A stretch of 64,000 nucleotides of DNA from Larkinella insperata (GTDB taxonomy: Bacteria; Bacteroidota; Bacteroidia; Cytophagales; Spirosomataceae). The stretch's first letter is position 1. Every line of letters starts with the position of its first letter. Positions 55,407-64,000 of the stretch are shown here, piece after piece. The position numbers were made by a program, and so were the translations under genes. Below the pieces are notes generated by a model. That model saw only the letters and a list, made by a program, of their open reading frames with translations, made no database searches and had not been told where the DNA came from. Location: NCBI RefSeq assembly GCF_026248825.1, contig NZ_CP110973.1, positions 2,111,668 through 2,175,667 on the forward strand, given 5' to 3'.

Positions 55407-58358
55407 TTAATTTTCAGACAAGACACTACGGATATAGTCGCTGGGAGATAAGGCAAATAGTTCCTTGAAGCACTGGCCAAAGTACGAAGGGCTCTCAAAA
55501 CCAACCAGATAAGCCGTTTCGGATACGGAATGGCCGGCTTTTAGCAATTCGGCGGATTTGCGTAACCGGTAGTTGCGAATAAACTCGCTCGCCGTCATGC
55601 CCAATACTGAAGCCAGTTTACGGTTTAGGGTGCGCGAACTCATGCCCACTTCCAGGGCTAATTCGTCAACGGTTAAAGTCGCATTGTCGAGGTGTTTTTC
55701 AAGAGTCTGATAAAGCTGGCTCAAAAAAGGGTGGTCCTGTACCGGGAGAGCGGCATCGGCCGGTTTGGTCAGTTGCAAACGATAAAAATCGCGTAATGTG
55801 GCCTGATAATGCAATAGGTTATCCACTCGAAGCTGCAATTCAAGCAGGTCAAAGGGTTTGGTTAGGTAATCATTGGCACCCGCAGTCAATCCTTCAATCT
55901 TACTTTCTGCCGCGGCTTTTGCCGTGAGAAGAATAACGGCAATGTGATTGGTTAGGGCGGTTTGCCGGATAAGGCGGCAGAATTGATAGCCATCCAGAAC
56001 CGGCAGCATAATGTCACTTATTACCAGATCTGGTAACTCCTTCTGGCAGATTTGCCAGGCTTCCTGCCCGTCGATAGCGGTTTTTACCCGATAGGCGCCA
56101 GTGAGATGCTCAGCAATGAATTGGCGTAGATCATCATTATCTTCAACAACCAGCAAAAAGGGGGCTTGCTGGTCCCCGGCGTTTGGCGAAATTTTAGCCG
56201 TAGGAAGCGGACTGGTAGCGATCGGCGCTTCAGCTTTGTGCAAATTGGTGAGCAGCGGAGAATGCAGAAACGGATGGTCGGCGTAAGGATGGCGAACAGG
56301 AAACGTTGCGGTAATGGTTGTACCCCGGCCAACCTGACTTTCGACGGTTAATTTTCCGTTGAGCAAATCTGTTAATTCTTTGACCAGCGCCAGGCCGATA
56401 CCGGTTCCTTCAAAAGACCGGTTTCGGGAATCGTCACCTTGGTAAAAACGATTGAAAATATACGGTATCTGGTCCGAAGCAATGCCATAACCGGTATCAG
56501 CTACCGACAGACGTAACGCAAAATGACCGTTTAATCCTGTCGGCTCGGTTGCCAGTCGTACCCAGACGCTGCCCCCGTTGGGCGTATACTTCAAGGCGTT
56601 GGAAACAAGGTTGGAGCAGATTTTGCCCCATTTGTCGTCATCAAACAGAACTTGTTCCGGTATTAATAGGGGTTCAAAATGCAACCGGATCTCTTTCGCT
56701 TCCGCCGTCAGTTGAAAGGAATTGACCAAATCATCCAGAAAAGCAGCTAGATTCCCCGGCAATTCGCGGACTTTCAGATGACCCGCATCCAGCTTCGACA
56801 AGTCCAGTAACTGATTGATCAACTGCAACAATCGGCGGGCGTTGCGGTTGACCATCGTCAGCGTATTCTGCAACGGAGTTTTGTCCAACGTTGCGGAAGG
56901 GTTGCTAAGCGTCTGGAGCCACTGTTCAACGGGCGAAATAATCAGCGTGAGCGGTGTTCGCAATTCGTGGGTAATGTTCGAGAAAAAGTGGGTTTTCATT
57001 TCCTCCATTTCCTTGCGCTGCTCGGCGTCCTGTCGTTGCAAAATGGTTTGCTCAATGGTTTGATTGGCCGTTTGTAGTTCAACCGTCAATGCTTCGGTTT
57101 TGCGGAATGAAGTATAAAACCGAATGGCCAGCAGCAAAGACTGGCAGATCGTAAAAATGAACAGGGAGCTTGACAGTAAAAAAAAGCTGTGAATTACGTG
57201 CGACTGATGGAGGATGTCGTTGAGAACGCAAAACGTCAGCAAGGCCATATCGCAGAGGAGAATCAGGCCACCTTCTTTTTTCAGTTGTGCCGCCCGGACG
57301 GCGATCCACAGAAAAAAACCGCATTCCAAAACCGCCAGCGGACTGATCAGAGTAGCCCAGGCCGCGTACGTGGTAGCCGGGGTGGATACCACCAACGCCA
57401 GAAAGGTCAGGTTGATAACAATAATGATTCGCCGGACAACGGGCGATACCAGCGTTGGAAACAACGTGTGCAGATACAGCGTCAGGCTAATGATTCCAAT
57501 CGGAAAAGTGCTATACAAGGCTTTGAAAGCCAGCGCCCAGTCAACGTCGGGAAAGAAAAGAAAGAATACCGTCTCGGCCGTAAAAAGTTCGCGCAAGGCA
57601 ATCGTCAGACAAAGAATTCCGAACAACAATGGAGCCTTGTCTCTGGGCCGAAGCGCGTACAGCAGAAGGTGATAAAGGCCAATGATGAGAAGGGCGCCAA
57701 TGACGGAAGACGAAAACAGCAGACTTTTCTCGCGGTCCTGCGTTATAACGGAGGGGTTACCAAATTGTAAAGGTTTCCGCAGTCCGCCGTAGGCGAAATG
57801 GTAATTGGCTACGTGGATCAGAATAAAGGCTTCTTGATCCGGAATTAGAAAGGAAACCACTTTTGATTCGGTCCAGGGTTTCGTTGCTGGGCCGGGTGCC
57901 AATTGCCCCGATAGAGCCACCAGTTGGTTGTTAACATACAGCTTGTAGGCCGTTCGGATTGGAGGGATTCGCAGCGACCAGATTTGGTTGGATTCCGGAA
58001 GCCGTATCCGAAGGCCGTACGTACAGTGACCTAACTCCCGCGGATAAAGGGGGTGGTTGCCGGTGTAAGTGCGCCAGGTGCCGGGGACGGTAAAATAGGT
58101 TGGGCTTTTGACGAGACTGACCGGGTCGGTAAACTGATTCCAGCGAAAAAACCATTGTCCGGTAAGGGCCACCGCCTTGTCGGAGTGATAGGCGTAAGAG
58201 GACAGGTCGAGGAGGCCCTTCTGCGCCACGTTTTGATCAGATTGCTGGGCGGAACAAACTGTAGGCCATGCCCCTAAACCAAACGCACTCAGGCAAAAAA
58301 GAAGGATGTCTTGAAACCGTACTAAACGTCGCATAGCCCAGGTTCTGCTAAGGCCCAA
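55407..58358 (-). CDS. Hybrid sensor histidine kinase/response regulator with 7TM-DISM sensor and a C-terminal AraC-type HTH
   Basis: 983 aa. Signal peptide, extracellular 7TMR-DISMED2-like domain, 7-TM block, HisKA (FFSNITHELRTPLT), HATPase_c (GTGIGLALVKEL), REC (LVVEDNDDLRQF...D...LLTAK) and an AraC HTH (SPSYFGQCFKELFALSPSDY). Confidence 0.8.
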   Translation of the reverse strand: MGLSRTWAMRRLVRFQDILLFCLSAFGLGAWPTVCSAQQSDQNVAQKGLLDLSSYAYHSDKAVALTGQWFFRWNQFTDPVSLVKSPTYFTVPGTWRTYTGNHPLYPRELGHCTYGLRIRLPESNQIWSLRIPPIRTAYKLYVNNQLVALSGQLAPGPATKPWTESKVVSFLIPDQEAFILIHVANYHFAYGGLRKPLQFGNPSVITQDREKSLLFSSSVIGALLIIGLYHLLLYALRPRDKAPLLFGILCLTIALRELFTAETVFFLFFPDVDWALAFKALYSTFPIGIISLTLYLHTLFPTLVSPVVRRIIIVINLTFLALVVSTPATTYAAWATLISPLAVLECGFFLWIAVRAAQLKKEGGLILLCDMALLTFCVLNDILHQSHVIHSFFLLSSSLFIFTICQSLLLAIRFYTSFRKTEALTVELQTANQTIEQTILQRQDAEQRKEMEEMKTHFFSNITHELRTPLTLIISPVEQWLQTLSNPSATLDKTPLQNTLTMVNRNARRLLQLINQLLDLSKLDAGHLKVRELPGNLAAFLDDLVNSFQLTAEAKEIRLHFEPLLIPEQVLFDDDKWGKICSNLVSNALKYTPNGGSVWVRLATEPTGLNGHFALRLSVADTGYGIASDQIPYIFNRFYQGDDSRNRSFEGTGIGLALVKELTDLLNGKLTVESQVGRGTTITATFPVRHPYADHPFLHSPLLTNLHKAEAPIATSPLPTAKISPNAGDQQAPFLLVVEDNDDLRQFIAEHLTGAYRVKTAIDGQEAWQICQKELPDLVISDIMLPVLDGYQFCRLIRQTALTNHIAVILLTAKAAAESKIEGLTAGANDYLTKPFDLLELQLRVDNLLHYQATLRDFYRLQLTKPADAALPVQDHPFLSQLYQTLEKHLDNATLTVDELALEVGMSSRTLNRKLASVLGMTASEFIRNYRLRKSAELLKAGHSVSETAYLVGFESPSYFGQCFKELFALSPSDYIRSVLSEN

Positions 58359-58565
58359 AGCCGGGTCGAGTGTCCAAAACGTCCTTGGGTAATAATTCCG
58401 TAATAACGAATTGCTTAATTGAAAGGGCGTTCCCTACAAACCGAAAAAATCGCTTACTTTGCAGGGCCAAAATTGTGCTACGGCGTAAGATTCAATGAAG
58501 ATAGCATAAAAATCCGTATCGGAACGTTTTCTACTCCTTTGTTTCTTTTTGTACATAAGTATTAA

Positions 58566-59861
<1,296 letters not shown>

Positions 59862-59869
59862 TTTGATTA

Positions 59870-59898
59870 CCCCCAACCGGTCTGCGGTTGGGGGTTTT
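59870..59898 (+). terminator. Rho-independent terminator after eno
   Basis: cccccaaccg-gtctg-cggttggggg followed by TTTT. Confidence 0.65.
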
Positions 59899-59926
59899 CT
59901 GATTTAAGCCTAATCCATCAGCAAAG

Positions 59927-60238
59927 ATGTTCAACAAAATCCTCCGAATCGCCAAGAATTTCTATGTAGCCACCGGCTTGGGTTTGTTCATCTGGATGGC
60001 GTTTTTTGACACCAACGACATTATTTCGCAATTCAAGAACAGTATGAAATTGCGGGATCTGGAAGCCGATCGGGTGTACTATGACGAGAAAATCGCGGAA
60101 GTGGAAGAGCAGCGTAAGTCATTGCTGGGCAATACCCGCTTGCAGGAGAAGTACGCCCGCGAAAACTACTTCATGAAAAAGCCCAATGAAGACGTTTACG
60201 TGTTGGTCGATGAGAAAAACGAATTGTTAGAAAAATAA
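59927..60238 (+). CDS. FtsB/DivIC-like septum formation initiator family protein
   Basis: 103 aa with one N-terminal TM helix and a coiled coil (KIAEVEEQRKSLLGNTRLQEKYARENYFMKKPNEDVYVL). Its position downstream of eno is conserved. Confidence 0.6.
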   Translation: MFNKILRIAKNFYVATGLGLFIWMAFFDTNDIISQFKNSMKLRDLEADRVYYDEKIAEVEEQRKSLLGNTRLQEKYARENYFMKKPNEDVYVLVDEKNELLEK

Positions 60239-60278
60239 TGATGAACTGTTCATCGATTCCTGTTCCCACTTCATCATT

Positions 60279-60806
60279 ATGATTAACGTCCTCTTTGTTT
60301 GTTTGGGTAACATTTGCCGATCCCCGCTGGCGGAGGGAGTCTTTAAACACTTCATTAAAGAGCGGGGTCTGGAGGCATCGATCCAGTGCGACTCCGCCGG
60401 TACATCTTCCTACCACATCGGTGATCTGCCCGACCGCCGAACCCGCGAAAATGCCCTCGAACACGGTATTAAGCTGACCCACCGTGCCCGCCGGCTGGCC
60501 GGGGAAGACCTCTCGACGTTTGATTACCTGGTGGCTATGGACGAATCAAATTACGAAGCCATTCAGTATTTTAGCCATCGCAGTACCGGCCTTTACAGCG
60601 AAGACAATACCGTTCTGCTGCGGGAATTCGATCCGTTGCCGGATAACAGCTCGGGCGGTTTGAACGTACCGGACCCGTATTACGAAGACGCTGCGGTTTT
60701 TGAACAGGTCTACCAGATCGTTCACCGAAGCTGCGAAAACTTGCTCAACTACCTGATTGAACAGCACCAGCTACAGCCGCAGCCCGATCCGCAAATCCGT
60801 GAATAA
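60279..60806 (+). CDS. Low-molecular-weight protein-tyrosine phosphatase
   Basis: 175 aa. P-loop CLGNICRSP (CX5R) at the N-terminus and a DP motif (VPDPYY). Confidence 0.8.
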   Translation: MINVLFVCLGNICRSPLAEGVFKHFIKERGLEASIQCDSAGTSSYHIGDLPDRRTRENALEHGIKLTHRARRLAGEDLSTFDYLVAMDESNYEAIQYFSHRSTGLYSEDNTVLLREFDPLPDNSSGGLNVPDPYYEDAAVFEQVYQIVHRSCENLLNYLIEQHQLQPQPDPQIRE

Positions 60807-60969
60807 ACCGGTTTTATGCCGTATTTCACAGAGAGCAGGCATTTGGACGGACAAGCGCATGGCTTGTAAAAGATATTTCCTCGTCCGAAAAATTGGCTTG
60901 GATTGACATAATTTGGTAAGTGATTTGCTGAAACTATACAACGATTAAGCCTGAAACGATTCCGATTAT

Positions 60970-61920
60970 ATGATGCGAATTAAAAAAGCCGTCATCACGG
61001 CGGCTGCCCGGGGTGAACGGTTGTATCCGGTTGCCGATACCATTCAGAAAGCCATGCTGCCGGTAATCGATACCGATGGCCTGCACAAACCCGTTATCCA
61101 GATTATTGCTGAAGAGGCATTCAGCAGCGGCATTGAAGAGTTGTGCGTGGTTTGCGCGCCCGGCGACGGTGACCGGTATCTCAAAGCCTTTGCTTCCCTG
61201 CGGGATAATCTCTTTCATTCCTTCAAAGGAGTTGACTGGGCCAAAAAGGAAGCCGAAAAAATCGATCACCTGATCAGCCGGATTCAGTTTGCCGAACAGA
61301 AAGAACCGCTGGGTTACGGTCATGCCGTGTATTGCGCCCGGGAATTCGTCAATAACGAGCCGTTTCTGCTGCTTCTGGGCGACTACCTCTACGTCTCCAA
61401 CCTGTCTCAGAAAAGTTGCGTAGCCCAGTTGATGGAGCTGGCTTCTCAGGAAAATTGTTCGGTTTCGGCCGTCAATCCCACCATCGAACACCAGATCGGG
61501 CGCTACGGAACGCTCACCGGCAAGCAGCTTTCCAACCAGTCGGGCGTTTACCAGATTGAAAAAATCATTGAAAAACCGTCGCTGAGCGTGGCCGAACTTG
61601 AACTGCAGACGCCCGGATTGCGGGCCGGTTACTACCTCTGCTTTTTCGGGATGCACGTCTTTACCCCCGCGGTTTTCGATATTTTGAAAAAATACATCGA
61701 TCAGGACGGCGGTAATATTTTACTGACCCCCGCACTCCAGGAACTGGCCGAAACCGAAACTTACCTGGCGCTGGAAGTGAAGGGAAATCGCTACGATTTA
61801 AGCCGGAAACACGGTCTGTTGCGGGCGCAGATTGCCTTGGGGCTGGCCGGTGAAGCCCACGGCGAAATCTTGTCAACGATGGTCGAATTACTGGCCGAAG
61901 CAAACAGCCGAACTGTCTGA
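60970..61920 (+). CDS. Divergent GalU-like sugar-1-phosphate nucleotidyltransferase
   Basis: 316 aa. It aligns with the UTP-glucose-1-phosphate uridylyltransferase core (KAVITAA...MLPVIDTD, GYGHAVYCAREFVNNEPFLLLLGDYLY), but the canonical GxGTRxxP loop is replaced by AARGERLYP. Confidence 0.55.
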   Translation: MMRIKKAVITAAARGERLYPVADTIQKAMLPVIDTDGLHKPVIQIIAEEAFSSGIEELCVVCAPGDGDRYLKAFASLRDNLFHSFKGVDWAKKEAEKIDHLISRIQFAEQKEPLGYGHAVYCAREFVNNEPFLLLLGDYLYVSNLSQKSCVAQLMELASQENCSVSAVNPTIEHQIGRYGTLTGKQLSNQSGVYQIEKIIEKPSLSVAELELQTPGLRAGYYLCFFGMHVFTPAVFDILKKYIDQDGGNILLTPALQELAETETYLALEVKGNRYDLSRKHGLLRAQIALGLAGEAHGEILSTMVELLAEANSRTV

Positions 61921-61923
61921 TCC

Positions 61924-64000
61924 ATGAATGTTTTTATAGAAACCATTACCTCGACAGATCCCGCCAAACGCGACCGCTCTTTTTACGAGATCAGCGCGCG
62001 GGTTTCGGCGAAAGAATTGCTGGAACTGCTGCGGGAGCTGGACGAATTTCGGAAGACAACCCCCAACTTATACGACAAGGTTCGCGCTATTCTCTTCCTG
62101 TACGCGGGTTTTCGGTTCTTCCTGATGGAAGCAGCCGCAACACCATCGACCGGAAAAATACCGTATGCGGGTTTTGAGGATTTGCTGGCCCGCCGGTTTG
62201 AACAGTCGATTGCTACGCTCTGGCAGGAAATCGACAAACAAGGACCGAATGCGGCTTTGTTTAGCGGCCTGGCCGAAAGCTACCACCATTTGTCGTTCCA
62301 GATTCTGGCCGGTCAGGTGCGTAAAAGCGTGCGGTCCAGCAAAGGAAACCAGTGGATGTTTCGGGTCGGGCACCGCGAGGAACACCCGATTCGGATTCAC
62401 TCCGCTTTGCTGAAACGTCCGGACGGCTCGCTTTTCTACCCCGTTCTGCACGAACAAACGTCGGTGCGGATGGACCTGACCCACAGCGGCTGGTCGGATA
62501 TTTTTTTCCTTGGGATGGACTATCCGGAGGGCGCACGCGTCATCAACATTTCCATTGATCTGGGCGTTTTTGGCCGCGATGCCGACATTCGCCCGCCCCT
62601 GAACTGTTACGTCCGGGTAATTCCCGAACCGGTTCTGCGCCTGACGAGTATCGACCTGAATACAACCAAGGACATCGACGATCTGGAAGATTTGTTCAAT
62701 TTCGGAAACGACTACCTGAGTCTGGTAAAGGCCGGGGTGATCGCGTCCGGTTTGATACCGCCTTCGTTTGAAGGAACCAACCAGTCGCTGCCGGATATCC
62801 TGTCGCGCATCGTAGCGCCGGGTATGGGTATTGAACTGGTGACGAAGGTAAATGATATTCCGAAAGGCTCGCGTTTTGCGGTTTCGACCAACCTGTTGGG
62901 CTCGATCATTAGTCTGCTGATGCGGGCCACCGGCCAGACGCAGAGTCTGGAAGGGGGCTTGCAGGAAAGTGAACGGCGATTGGTGGCATCACGGGCCATT
63001 CTGGGCGAGTGGATTGGCGGGTCCGGGGGCGGCTGGCAGGATTCGGGCGGGGTCTGGCCCGGTATCAAAGCCATTCAGGGCACGTTTGCGCAGGAAGGTG
63101 ATCCCGAGTTCGGCATCAGCCGGGGCACTTTGTTGCCGCGTCACCGGGTTTTGCAGGGTGAAAACATGCACCCTGAGATGGGGGAGAAGATCATGAACTC
63201 GCTCGTCCTGATGCACGGTGGAATGGCCTCCAACGTGGGGCCGATCCTGGAAATGGTCACTGAAAAATACCTGCTCCGGGGCGAGAAGGAATGGAACGCC
63301 CGCCAGCAAACCAACCAGATTTTTGATAATATTCTGGCGGCCATCAAAGAAGGTGATATCCGGAAACTGGGCACCAACACGGCCCGCAACTGGGAGGGGC
63401 CCATCAAAACCATCATTCCCTGGGCGTCGACTTACTTCACTGAGCAGATCATTGCGAAGGCCAAAGCCGCTTTTGGCGAAGATTACTACGGTTTTCTGAT
63501 GCTGGGCGGTATGTCCGGGGGCGGTATGGGAATGTTTGTTAACCCGGCGGGTTACGAAGAGTACAAAATGAAGGTACTCGACATCCTGCGGAAAACGAAA
63601 GCTGAGTTGTCGGCCGCCCTGCCGTTTGCGATGGAACCGGTGGTTTACAACTGGAGCATCAACAACAAAGGCACCTGGGCAACCCTGAAAGAAGGCACCA
63701 ACGCCCTGATGCCGGAGCAATATTACGGGATTCACGTTTCGGAACTGGTGCGGAAAGATCCGGCTTCCATTTCGTACATCCGCCGGGCTGAAATGGATGT
63801 TTTCACGACGTATTGCGAGAAAAACAACCTGGCTTATCCGCTCCTGCGGACCATCATCAGCAACCTGTTCAAAGTTTCGGATCCAACGTCGCAAAGCAAC
63901 CGCAGCGTTGAAAACGAAAAGGCCGACCGGATTAAAAAGGAAAACGGGTTTGACTACATCCAGCACGAAGAAATTCGGGAGGATTTGCAGAAAGGCCGCA
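61924..64000 (+). CDS. Large hypothetical protein (over 690 aa, 3' end outside the window) with a GHMP-kinase-like glycine-rich motif
   Basis: Frame 1 (phase of nt 61924) is open for 2077 nt to the window end. Translation: MNVFIETITSTDPAKRDRSFYEIS...LMLGGMSGGGMGMFVNPAGYEEYK... This ORF is absent from the supplied track; the track instead lists its antisense shadow ORFs (for example 62989-63966 -). Confidence 0.5.
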   Translation, partial: MNVFIETITSTDPAKRDRSFYEISARVSAKELLELLRELDEFRKTTPNLYDKVRAILFLYAGFRFFLMEAAATPSTGKIPYAGFEDLLARRFEQSIATLWQEIDKQGPNAALFSGLAESYHHLSFQILAGQVRKSVRSSKGNQWMFRVGHREEHPIRIHSALLKRPDGSLFYPVLHEQTSVRMDLTHSGWSDIFFLGMDYPEGARVINISIDLGVFGRDADIRPPLNCYVRVIPEPVLRLTSIDLNTTKDIDDLEDLFNFGNDYLSLVKAGVIASGLIPPSFEGTNQSLPDILSRIVAPGMGIELVTKVNDIPKGSRFAVSTNLLGSIISLLMRATGQTQSLEGGLQESERRLVASRAILGEWIGGSGGGWQDSGGVWPGIKAIQGTFAQEGDPEFGISRGTLLPRHRVLQGENMHPEMGEKIMNSLVLMHGGMASNVGPILEMVTEKYLLRGEKEWNARQQTNQIFDNILAAIKEGDIRKLGTNTARNWEGPIKTIIPWASTYFTEQIIAKAKAAFGEDYYGFLMLGGMSGGGMGMFVNPAGYEEYKMKVLDILRKTKAELSAALPFAMEPVVYNWSINNKGTWATLKEGTNALMPEQYYGIHVSELVRKDPASISYIRRAEMDVFTTYCEKNNLAYPLLRTIISNLFKVSDPTSQSNRSVENEKADRIKKENGFDYIQHEEIREDLQKGR

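Noticed and set aside
62989-63966. Minus-strand 325-aa ORF (and 62712-63074 -, 62068-62484 -) at the window end
   Set aside because: The plus strand carries an uninterrupted 2077-nt frame from ATG 61924 with protein-like composition and a GHMP-like motif. The minus ORFs are its antisense shadows.

Overview
This 64 kb window looks like Bacteroidetes chromosome (about 55% GC). SusC/SusD pairs, an ECF-sigma/FecR/STN-SusC unit, a lipidated TamA-like (TamL) Omp85 next to TamB, and TAnnTTTG -7 promoter motifs all point to a Cytophagia/Spirosomaceae-like organism. No CRISPR array, transposase or integrase was seen. Contents in order: (1) 1-6272 (+), the 3' end of a SusC gene, then SusD, a glucoamylase-family/GH144-like candidate and a GH3 beta-glucosidase; this resembles a beta-1,2-glucan-type PUL. 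(2) 6346-21897 (-), a tightly packed 11-gene cluster: ECF sigma, FecR anti-sigma, STN-containing SusC, SusD, a secreted hypothetical protein, a PQQ beta-propeller dehydrogenase with an inserted cytochrome c domain, a Tat-exported enolase-superfamily enzyme, a Tat-exported purple-acid-phosphatase-like metallophosphoesterase, an SGNH hydrolase with TPR repeats, and a small DUF5989-like membrane protein. It is PUL-like but contains no recognisable glycoside hydrolase. (3) 22497-29827 (+), a TamB-like 1670-aa protein and a lipidated TamA/Omp85 (TamL-like). (4) 29846-34206, an RNA-repair locus: an SPFH/band-7 protein and RtcB form a minus-strand operon, read divergently from a WYL-domain HTH regulator. 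The 600-nt region between them contains an 18-bp perfect hairpin and tRNA/tmRNA-like T-arm/acceptor fragments that do not fold into a complete tRNA. (5) 34465-52481 (+), fusA followed by the conserved S10-spc-alpha ribosomal superoperon (rpsJ through rplQ, with secY, map, infA, rpoA). rpmD, rpmJ and the DUF5989 gene are absent from the supplied ORF track because they are under 60 aa; I located them by hand. (6) 52705-64000, carA, a DUF1624 membrane acyltransferase-like protein, a 7TM-DISM hybrid histidine kinase/response regulator with an AraC domain, eno, an FtsB-like protein, an LMW tyrosine phosphatase, a divergent GalU-like nucleotidyltransferase, and a long plus-strand ORF (61924 onward) that runs off the window. 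Most other overlapping or antisense ORFs in the supplied track are high-GC shadow frames.
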